NCBI GenBank assembly: GCA_038087875.1 | Contig: CM075991.1 | Span: 3,286,001-3,350,000 of the forward strand | Direction of reading: 5' to 3' | Source of the DNA: Malacoraja senta | Lineage: Eukaryota | Length of the DNA stretch: 64,000 bases | Part shown: in pieces, positions 37,900 to 48,452 of the stretch | How the letters are laid out: every line of letters starts with the position of its first letter | How positions within the stretch are numbered: position 1 is the stretch's first letter | The notes under the pieces: model-generated | Database searches by the model: none | The model's input: only the letters and a program-made list of their open reading frames with translations | What the model was told of the DNA's origin: nothing | Program-made: the position numbers and the translations under genes

Positions 37900-39300
37900 G
37901 TGACTGCCGTCTACAGACGGAGTGACGATCAGTAATGTCCCTGAAGCGCGCAGTGTGGGGAATCGACTCTGCTGACATGGTTCCCGGTTCCAAGCGTGTT
38001 CCCACTGCTCATCCCACTGTGGAGACCCAGTCCGGATCTTTCACCTTTGGCGTCCAATTCCAGGAATGCCTTCACACCTCTAACACGTTTGGGTTCCATT
38101 GCCCGTCACATGAGCTTTGAGTACAGCGGGGCACTGACCCGCGCAGCTCATCAGCCGCTCTCCCGAGAATAAAAACGAACCTGCAGCTGCACTTGGAGAC
38201 ACAAGGAACTGTAGATGCTGGTTTATAACAAAAACCACAGTGCTGGAGTAACTCGGTTGGACAGGCAGCATCTCAGGAGAACATAGGTGGGTGTCCGCTG
38301 AGTTACTCCAGCACTCTGTGTCCGCAGCTCACCCTGCCCGCTCGGGCGCCGCTTTCATCCCAAGAATGACCGGGTGATCCCGGTTCTCCGGACGGTTACC
38401 AGCTTACTGACTATTGTTGACACTGTTAACAGTTCATTCGGGGTCTGCCGCTCCCGTTGATCATTCCGTGGTACATGTGGACTTTGAATGGTTGGAGCTA
38501 GGGGTGGCTGGGAGCGCGGTGTGCGGGGCGCCGACTGACCCGCGGCTCAAACCGGCGGTAACGTTTGTTCTTCTATTTTCTGATTTTTGTTTCAGAAAGC
38601 GTGAAGTTGAGGCTGGTGAACGGGGACAGTCCATGCGCCGGGAGAGTGGGGGTTCACTACATGGGGAACTGGGGGACTGTGTATGATTACGGCTGGGACC
38701 TGCAGGACGCGGCGGTGGTGTGTCGGGAGCTGGGCTGCGGCCCCGCGACGGGAGCCCCGGGCGATGCTCACTTTGGACCGGGGTCCGGACCCATTGTGAC
38801 GTCATTTGTTCAGTGCAGCGGGAGCGAGGCCGCTCTGCGGGAGTGTAGATCAGAGCCATGGGGGAACTATGACGTTCCACACTCCTACGATGCCGGCGTT
38901 ATCTGCGAAGGTAAACATCAGCTTTTTCTCTCTTTGTTCCGCAGTTTGGTGATTTCCGGGATGCCCTGGGTGTAAATTACTCGGACTGACCGCCCGCGGC
39001 GAGTGGTGTGAAATTAAATCCAGTGTCTGTCGGTTTTATTCCTTTCCAATTGGAATCAAATTTCACTTCTGGATCTCACATTCTGGTTTTAATTAAACAA
39101 ACACAACCGGGAGCATTAAATACTCTCACCCGGTACAATGACGGGGCCAAGAAACAAGCGGCTGGAGGAACTGAGTTGGTGAAGCAGCAACTGTCGGGGA
39201 CTGGTGGCAAGAGAGGAATAGGGTGGGTTGCACGTAAGGTCATCGGGTCAAAGGGCTTGACACACGGAGCAGCTCCATCCATGTGGAGGACATCCGTCAC
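37900..39300. promoter_or_regulatory. GC/CpG-rich island around SRCR exon 3
   Basis: CpG density is visibly high relative to the flanks (not computed). Confidence 0.45.
38596..38910 (+). CDS. SRCR gene coding exon 3: single group-B SRCR domain (CD163/WC1/DMBT1-like receptor)
   Basis: LRLVNGDSPCAGRV..WGTV..VVCRELGCG..FGPGSGPI..CSGSEAALREC..DAGVIC. The whole domain lies in one 315-nt phase 1-1 exon with acceptor ttttgtttcag| and donor gaag|gtaaac. Confidence 0.93.
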
Positions 39301-39360
39301 TTCCGGTATATGTTATTAATGCAAGAAACGCTACTTTCCTACCTGTTAAAACCCGCCAAA

Positions 39361-39580
39361 ATGTTGCATTTTTGCGCTGTAAAAAATTGTGGAAGTCGGG
39401 GTAAGTGTGAGGGACATGTACCCAACTTCAGAATTCCAAAAGTGAAGCGAAATGAAGGTAGAGAGAAGCGAGAGCTGAAGGGACACCAACAGCTAAAGGG
39501 CTTGGCGAACATTGGCCGTGCAGATATCAAGATTGAAAATATTGGGTATTATCGCGTTTGCTCACTGCATTTCATCCACC
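39361..39580 (+). pseudogene. THAP zinc-finger exon, left arm
   Basis: MLHFCAVKNC..FRIPK..IGR..RVCSLHF (C2CH), followed by donor gtaagg. The conserved W is replaced by G. Confidence 0.8.
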
Positions 39581-40906
39581 GTAAGGCATTATTTGTGTTT
39601 TTTCTTGATTCCCTTGGTGTCCAAAAAGTTTCAGAAGTGATAAATCTGGCTGTAAAATTTTAAAATCGCCCATGGTTCTCAAGTGGGTCTTACATGCACA
39701 AAGAAAACGTTTCTGAAGCTAAATTTATCATTAAAACTAAATCGCAAACCATACGTGGGTTTTGAATTACATTTTACTCAGATGCAAGCCAAGGAATGGC
39801 ATAATTGTTAGCTGTTAATTGGACATAATCAACCTCAGCATATTGACAATATCTTTGAGTGGGTGTTTAAGCTGTCAGGGCATTTTTTTTATTTTTTTCT
39901 AAATTAGAAGCAAACATATTATAAAGTATAGTAACATATTATAGTAAAAAAAAACTTTTCATATACATCAATCATACATTATTAAAATTTTCAATTGTCG
40001 ATTAAATCTACTTCTAGTGTTTTTTTATATAGATAGAAAAAGAGAGATAGAAAGAAAAAAGAATTACAAATATCAAAAAAAAGAGAAGGTGGAATGAATT
40101 ACATATAATACGTCATTGGAGATAAATTTGTAGGTTATGAAGTATAATTTTACATCTAATCCTGAGTTCAAGCTTCAGTTGGGTTTTCGTGCTGGGCCAA
40201 TCTATCCCTTCAAATAGTTAATGAATGGAGCCCATATTTTAACAAAAAGTTCTTGTTTGTCCATTAAGACAAGTCTAATTCTTTCTAGATGTAGGGTCTC
40301 CGACATTTCCACAATCCACATTTTAATTGTGGGGGTTATAGTGCCTTTCCAAAATTTTAATATTAATTTTTTCCCAGTTATTATACTGTAGTCGAGGAAG
40401 TTTCTTTGGCTTGTTGTGAGTGTTAAACTTTGTTCTGATATCCCAAGTATTATTAATTTTGAGTCTGGATCCAATTTAGTATTAACAACTTCAGAAATTA
40501 TTTCAAAAATATCAGTCCAGAAATTTTTAATTTTTCTACAATTTGCAAAAGTATGTGTTAAATTGGCCTCTAGATGCAGACATTTATCACAAATAGGAGA
40601 AATATGTGGGAAGATTCTATTTAGTTTTATTTTGGAGTAATGTAATCTGTAAATTGTATTAAAGCATGTCTGGCATTTAACGAGCATTGATGTATATGTT
40701 GTAAACTTTCGTCCCAAATATCTTACATTGTAGGATGACCTAACTCATTTTCCCATGTGTGTCTATATAGTTCCATCGGTGGTACCTCGTTGTTTAAGAG
40801 GGTGTTATAAAATATAAGCTATTAATTTTTCAGTGTTAGGATGCTTATTCAAACATTCATCAAGAATTTCTGGTTTCCTAGTCCTATAAACTTGTGTATT
40901 AGATTT

Positions 40907-42790
40907 TTAAAAAAATATATTTTTATTTTATTAGAAGTAAGTACAATCATATGGCACCAAAGTGCCTAATATATATTGACATAATACATTTTTGTACAGC
41001 TTCTTATTTTTTTTAAAATTATGATAAAGAGAATAAGAAAAATAAATTAGATAATAAAGGATAGAAAAATGTGAGATATATAGTGTGTGAAAAAGAAGAA
41101 AAAAAGAGTGAAAGAAGAAAGTTGAAGAAAAGAAAATAGAAAAAAGAGAGTAAAAAATAAAAAGAAAAGTAAGGAGATCATTATTTATAATCTTGACCAT
41201 CCCTCACCCAGTCCTGGAACAGTTAGCTTCTACAATTATGTTGCACCATATGATTCCAAAAAGACGACAAATGGAGACCAACTCGTTAAGAATTGGTCTG
41301 ATTTATCTATTAGGAGGAATCGCATTTCCTCAAGGTGTGCGGTGTCCAACATGCTTGAAATCCACATTTTAAGCGTTGGTATTGGTGTATTTTTCCAAAA
41401 TTTAAGTATTAGTTTTTTTGCTATTATTAAACCATAATTTAAAAATATATTTTGAGATGATTTCAATTTATTCCCATCTTCCATTACTCCAAATATAATC
41501 ATTTCAGTATTAGGTTCCATTCTTATCTTGCCATAATTTTGTAAATATTTCAAAAATGTCACTCCAAAATTTATAAAGTTTTATGCAGGAAACAAAAGAG
41601 TGTGTTATAGTTGCGTTTTAGGATAGACATTTACCACAAATGGGGGACATATTTGGATAAAATTTATTCAATCTAGTTTTTTGAATAATATAATCTATGT
41701 AAAATTTTAAATTGAATTAAATTATGTCTTGCATTAATCAAACATTTGTGTATATATATCAAACACTTTTCCCATGTAACCTTCGTAATTTTTATCATTA
41801 ATTCCCGTTCCCATTCTTCTCTAAGTACCTCTGTCGATGGTAGGTCTATATTTAAAATACTATTATATAAATATGATATTAATGTTTGTGAGTCAGCCTT
41901 AATATTCATTGCTTTTTCCAGTAAATCAAAAGTTATTTTTTTGATATCCTTGTATGTATTTCTTCATGAAATCGCAAATCTGAAGATATTTAAAATATTG
42001 GTTGTTTTTCAGTTTCAATTTTAATTGTAATTGTTGGAATGATAATAGATTTCCCATTTCATACATATCACCAATGCTTTTAATTCCCAATCTTTCCCAT
42101 TGGTTATATGTTTTATCAATAAGAGATGGTTTAAATAAAGGATTATTCACTATTGGCATTAACAATGATAAATTTCTTAATTTTAAAGATAATTTTATTT
42201 GTTTCCAAATTCTTATTGCATCGTGTATAATTGGGTTCTTCTTATATATTGTGTTGTTCAGTTTTTTCGGGGAGAAGAGGATCGTTCCTATATTACAAGG
42301 AAAACAATCCTCTTGCTCCATTCTTATCCATTCTGTCTGTAGGGTAAAACTGTCCAACCAGTAAATTATATTCTTAATACGCACTGCCCAATAGTAATAC
42401 AAAAAATTCGGGAGTGAAAGTCCCCCGACATCTTTTGGTTTAATTCTATGTGATCTATAATCCCAAATAAAATTAGTAATATTAGAGTCTATTTAAAAAT
42501 ATATATATTTTGGTATATATAATGGTATAGACTGAAATAGGTATAATAATTGTGGTAGAAAGATCATTTTTATAGCATTTATTCTACCTATTAATGATAA
42601 AGGAAGTGTTTTACAAAATTTAATCAACATATTGAGTTTATTTAATAAAGGTATAAAATTAGCGTTGAATAATGCTTTATATTTTCTAGTAATTTGAATA
42701 CCCAAATATTTATATTTTTCTGTTGCAATTTTAAAGGGGAACTTCAATAAGTGTGTAGATTCTTGAGGTTTTAACATCATGATTTCACTT
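40907..42790 (-). mobile_element. 5'-truncated L1 (inner)
   Basis: ORF2 C-terminal pieces and 3' UTR. A 15-bp TSD ttgtgtattagattt lies at 40892-40906 and 42791-42805. Confidence 0.9.
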
Positions 42791-44741
42791 TTGTGTATTA
42801 GATTTAACATGATCTCTAATTTGTAGATATCTGAAGAAATTATTTGAGTGCAGTCCATGATTCTGTTGTAACTCTTGAAATGAAAGAAAGATGCCTTTCC
42901 TATAAAGATGTCCAATCTTATTAATTCCATAATTTTTCCATTGTGTGAAACCTTTATCCAATATGGATGGCTTGAATAAAGGATTATTTACAATGGGAAG
43001 ACATAGTGGTATATTATTCAGTTTCAAAGCTTTTTTTAATTGTTTCCAAATTCGTATTCCACTATGAATAGGGTTTTCATAGTTTTTTTTATGCAGTTTT
43101 GCGGGAGCAAATATAATCGAACCAATTTCAAAATGTAAACAGTCTTCCTTTTCCATCCTTAACCAATCTGGTTGTTGATCCATTTCTTCCAGCCAGAAAT
43201 ACATGTTTTTAATATGGACTGCCCAGAAATAAAATAAGAAATTTGGCAAGGCCAAACCTCCATTGCTCTTTGACATACATAAATGTTTTTTTACTTATTC
43301 TATGATTCTTATAATCCCAAATAAAGCTTGTAACAATGGAATCGACTTTTTTGAAAAGGTTTTTTGGGATATATATCGGAATTAATTGAAATAGGTACAG
43401 TAGTTGCGGTAAGAAGATCATTTTTATAGCATTAATTCTACCAAGCATTGAAATGGGAAGTGTTTTCCAGTACTGAATATTCTTGTGTAATTTATTCAGT
43501 AGGGGTGGAAAATTTAGTTTAAATAAAGAGGTATATGTCTTAGTTATATAGATTCCGATATATTTAAGTTTATCTTTAACTATTTTAAAAGGGGATTGCT
43601 GTAATGTATGTAAATTGAATTTTGTTATTGGCATGATTTCACTTTTATTCCAGTTAAATCTATATCCTGTGAACTGACCAAATTGAGTTATTAGATTTAA
43701 TAGATTTGGAATACTAATAGATTTGGAATATTTATTCTAACTTTGTAATATATATTAGTACATCATCTGCATATAAAGAAATTTTATTCCTTGTGTCTCT
43801 AGTGTTGTACCTGTGTATTCCTGGATGGGTTCTAACGCTTTCTGCTAATGGTTCAATTGCAAGAGCAAATAATAGTGGGGATAGTGAACATCCTTGTCTG
43901 CAACCTCTAGAAAGATTAAATTTAGCTGATAACATTTGGTTTGTTAATATTCTAGCTGTCGGGTTAGAGTATAACAATTTAACCCATGTACAGTACTTCT
44001 CTCCCAGTTGAAAATTTTCCATTACCGAAAATAAACATGACCATTCTACCTGGTCAAATGCTTTTTCAGCTTCTAACAAAATAATTGCTAGATCTGCATT
44101 AGGAATTATATTTGAGTATATAATATTGAATAGTCTTCTCAAATTATAAAATGAGTACCGTTTTGGAATAAAACCTGTTTGGTCGGGGTGTATTAATTTG
44201 TTAATCACGAAGCTCAATCTATGAGATAGGATTTTGGTTAATATTTTCTGATCAGTATTTAAGAGAGCTATTGCTCTATATGAACCTGGGTCTTCATGAT
44301 CCTTATCCATTTTTGGTATAAGTATGATTGTAGTTTCTGTTGAGTGTAAGCGTATTTGTACAGTGTCTGTAGGCGTGGAGAAATCAGATCATAAAATTTT
44401 TAATAATATTCAGAGCTTAGACCATCAGGACCTGCGGCCTTTCCGTTTTTTAAAGATCTAATTGTCTCTTCGATGTCTTTTGCCATAATTTCAGCATCAA
44501 GTGATTCTCTCTCTTTCTGATCTAAGCCCGTAAGATTACATTTCTGTAGAAATGTTTCCATTCCTGCTGATTGTTCTGTCGTTTTAGATGAGTACAGTTT
44601 TTGATAGTATTGTAAAAATCTATCATTAATATCTTTAGGCAGTGTTAATGTTTCTCCCTTGTCTGATCTAATTTTGTAAATTGTTTTTTCGCCGTCCAGT
44701 TTACGAAGTTGACGCGCTAATAGTTTTTGTGGTTTATCACC

Positions 44742-45385
44742 ATAGAAACATAGAAACATAGAAACATAGAAACATAGAAAATAGGTGCAGGAGTAGGCCA
44801 TTCGGCCCTTCGAGCCTGCACCGCCATTCGATATGATCATGGCTGATCATCCAACTCAGTATCCTGTACCTGCTTTCTCTCCATACCCCCTGATCCCTTT
44901 AGCCACAAGGGCCACATCTAACTCCCTCTTAAATATAGCCAATGAACTGGCCTCAACTACCTTCTGTGGCAGAGAATTCCAGACATTCACCACTCTCTGT
45001 GTGAAAAATGTTTTCCTCATCTCGGTCCTAGAAGATTTCCCCCTTATCCTTAAACTGTGACCCCTTGTTCTGGACTTCCCCAACATCGGGAACAATTTTC
45101 CTGCATCTAGCCTGTCCAACCCCTTAAGAATTTGTACGTTTCTATAAGATCCCCCCTCATTCTTCTAAATTCTAGTGAGTACAAACCGAGTCTATCCAAT
45201 CTTTCTTCATATGAAAGTCCTGACATCCCAGGAATCAGTCTTGTGAACCTTCTCTGTACTCCCTCTATGGCAAGAATGTCTTTCCTCAGATTAGGAGACC
45301 AAAACTGTATGCAATACTCCATGTGTGGTCTCACCAAGACCCTGTACAACTGCAGTAGAACCTCACTGCTCCTTTACTCAAATCC
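44742..45385 (-). mobile_element. Young CR1 3' fragment
   Basis: Closely similar to the CR1 at 3057-4322, with an (catagaaa)n tail at 44741-44780. Confidence 0.92.
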
Positions 45386-45727
45386 TTTCAAAATTTCAAA
45401 TCAAATTCAAAATTTAATTGTTTTGTATGTTGATAAAGTTTTATAACTTGGTCTGAGTATATCTTGTTTAACTTATTATTTTATTATTTTATTATTTGCC
45501 AAAATATATATCTCAATAGCATAATGATAGCAAACTTACTTTCCCACACACCATTGGTAAGTCTGGAGATGTTTTTAATGATAAATTTAGCTTCAGAAGC
45601 GTTTTCTATTTGCATGTAAAAACCCACTTGAGAACCATGGGCGATTTTAACATTTTATGGTCAGATTTATCACTTCTGAAACTTTAGATACCAAAGGAAT
45701 CAAGAAAAAACACAAATAATGCCTCAC

Positions 45728-45937
45728 TGTTGATGAAATGCTGTGAGCAAACGTGATAATTCCCAATATTTTCAATCTTGATATCTGCACGGCCAATGTT
45801 CGCCAACCACTTTAGCTGTTGTTGTTCCTTCACCCGTCGCTTCTCTCTACCAACAATTCTCCTCACTTTTGGAATTCTGAAGTAGGATAAATGTCTCCCC
45901 GATTTCCACAATTATTTACAGTGACAAAATTGACCAT
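45728..45937 (-). pseudogene. THAP zinc-finger exon, right arm (degenerate)
   Basis: MVNFVTVNNCGNR, a frameshift, then YFRIPKV..KWLANIGR..HVCSQHF, followed by donor gtgagg. Confidence 0.75.
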
Positions 45938-46944
45938 TTCGGCGGTTTTTAACAGGTAAGAAAGTACCCGTTTAGTGTGTTAAAAGTGTGTGCCGTGGGC
46001 TGCCATGTCCTCCAGACGGATTGAGCTGCTCCGTGCGTCACGCCCTTTGACCCGATGACCTTACATGCAACCCCCCTATTATCAACACTCTCAGTCCTGC
46101 TGCAGGGGCTCGACCCCGAACGTCCACAGTTCCTCTCCCCCACAGATGCTGCTCCACCCTCTGAGATGCTCCAGCAGTTTTTTTTGCACCAGGTTGCATC
46201 ATCTGCCGTCTCTCGTCAATAGTGCGTTTTATTGTCAGATATATTAGTTGTTAACACAGTGAAATTATTTTCCTTACAAACAGTCCAGTGGAGTAATACC
46301 ATACCTCCGGTCCCCATTTAGCAAGTGTACAGGAATCATCTACCGAGCCACATGCAGGAGGAGCCATGTTCTGGCGCCATGTTCAAAATCCGGGCTCTAG
46401 TTCCAACGAGCGGTGCCTGTTCCAGGCAAGTCCCAGGCTGTTGCTGGCCTCCAGCCGCCTCCGACCTTGGGCGCCACGTCGCTCTCTTCACCCGTCCTTT
46501 GTTGCCCAGGTTGCCTCCCGCAGCCGATCACGAGGGCGGGGTAAGCCAGACCCTGGTTCCCTCTCCTTTCCTCTCCAACTGGCCTTGCTCCTCGCCCGGA
46601 CATCACTGGCTCCATCCTCCGGCAGACGAGCAGAGGCCAGCACAGCAACTCCCCCCTCCCGGTTTCTATGTCTATGTTTCTATGGAAGGCCTGCATCTTC
46701 ATTAACCTGGCAGAGAAAGTGCAATGCAATTCGTTCAGGCTGAAATGTAGTGTCGCAGTCATAGAGGGAATGAACGAATAATGTGCTAGAGGAAATGGTT
46801 ATGGTGCTGGATATGGGGTCAGTAAGTGAACTGCTTTCCCCTGATTTGTTCTCAAACTTCCTGAGTATTATCAGTTGACCCATGAAAGCCTCACTGGACA
46901 TTCCTGAATGCTGCCTTTTAGATGATAGAAAGATGTTGAGGAGC

Positions 46945-47425
46945 CAACAGATAGACACAAAAAGCTGGAGTAACTCAGCGGGACGGGCAGCATCTCTGGA
47001 GAGGAGTGGGTGACATTTTTGGGATTGAGACCCTTCTTCAGACCCGAAATGTCACCCATTCCTTCTCTGCAGAGATGATGCCTCACCCGCTGAGTTACAC
47101 CAGCATTTTGTGTCTACCTTTGATTTTACCAGCATGTGCAGTTCTTTCTTACACATGCTGCCTGTCCCACTGAGTTTCTCCAGCTTTTTGTGTCTATTTT
47201 TGCTTTAAACCAGCACCTGCAGTTCTTTGTGTAAGCAGGAACTGCAGATGCTCGTTTAAACTGAGAATAGACACAAAAAGCTGGAGTAACTCAGTGAGAG
47301 AAGCAGCATCTCTGGATAGAAGAAATGGGTGACGTTTTGGATCGAGATTCTTGGTCACCTTTTCCTTCTCTACAGAGATAGTGTCTGTCCCGCTGAGTTA
47401 CTCCAGCTTTTTGTGTCTATCTACT
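46945..47425. repeat. Array of Penelope-derived repeats in alternating orientation (two palindromes)
   Basis: Arms 46951-47023 / 47043-47117 and about 47268-47340 / 47354-47420 are reverse complements centred on hammerhead-like remnants. Confidence 0.85.
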
Positions 47426-48452
47426 GTCCTTGTTGAGTCATTTGGCTCCATTGAAGTAAATTCTCACCCGGTGTTTTAGCCACTGCATTTATGTGCAATG
47501 TCTGGTTCAGCTTTGGTCACTTTGCTCCCATGTTTCAGATACTGTGATGTAGCGGCTCAGACTGTCAAAGCGGGATGGCTAGAGCTTCACTCACTGTAGT
47601 GCTGGCACTTGTGTGGTATGAAAGCTTTGCGCTAGCATGAGTGCTCGCCTGATTCCTATCAAGGCTTTGCATCACTCCTTTGGGAAATGAGAACAGAAAT
47701 GAGCATTGTCGAAATCATCAGTAATGTCCAGCTACTTATGAAAAGATGGAAAACTGTCTTTGAAAATGGAACTAAGTAGTGAGAGCTAAGGAGATTGCCT
47801 TTATATCCTTCACCGTCTCTCTCGTCTCATTATGGATAATGTCTTCTGTGACTGTTTGGCAGAAGGCCACTGTGAGGTTTGCACCCCCCTGGTTCTGACA
47901 AAAGCCCATCTTACAGTCTGAAGAATGGTCCGTACCCAACCTGGATTTGAATTAGGGGTCATTGGCATCAGTATTGGGGAAGGAGGGAAATGTTACGATG
48001 GACGGACCCCAGTTGAACCCTGCTGGTGCCAGGGTCCTGGGGAAGCGCATAACTGCGGCCTAGGCCGTAAATAGTGGGAGGAAAGGGAGGGGTTAACAAA
48101 TTGGAAATGTGCAGATGAAGCTGAAGGGAGGGAAATTGCAGGAGGAATTGCTGAAGCGTCTCCAAGTAAGGGGCAGAAAGTTTAAGTAGGGGTAAGTGTC
48201 TAAGGTCAGGCAAAATGGGGACCAATGTGAGAAGAAGGGGAGTGAATACTGAACTACAATTGTTAGATTCAAATGCCCACATTATATGGAAGAAAGTGGA
48301 TGAGCTTATAGCTCAGATAGAAGTTGATAGGTACGACTTTGTGGGCATCACAGAGATGTGGATGAGAGAGGATAAGAGCTGGGAATGGAATATGCAATGT
48401 TACACATCCTATCCAAATCACAGACAAGTGGGCAGAGGGGGTGGGGTAGCTC

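Larger units (their letters stand above)
39883..45475 (-). mobile_element. 5'-truncated L1 (outer), interrupted by a second L1 and a CR1
   Basis: Collinear ORF2 pieces 45386-45475, 44400-44741, 43732-44310, 42791-43634 and 40202-40906, with an A-rich tail near 39883. Confidence 0.88.
39220..46077. mobile_element. Non-autonomous THAP-containing DNA transposon (ISL2EU/PIF-Harbinger group) with nested LINE cargo
   Basis: Ends AT|AGGGTGGGTTGC...GCAACCCCCCT|AT. Inverted arms of about 510 bp (39220-39737 and 45571-46077) each contain a THAP-domain exon. Confidence 0.8.

Noticed and set aside
47538..47620. Acceptor that could give a terminal exon (DTVM-stop) after the SRCR exon
   Set aside because: The only evidence is a generic acceptor motif.
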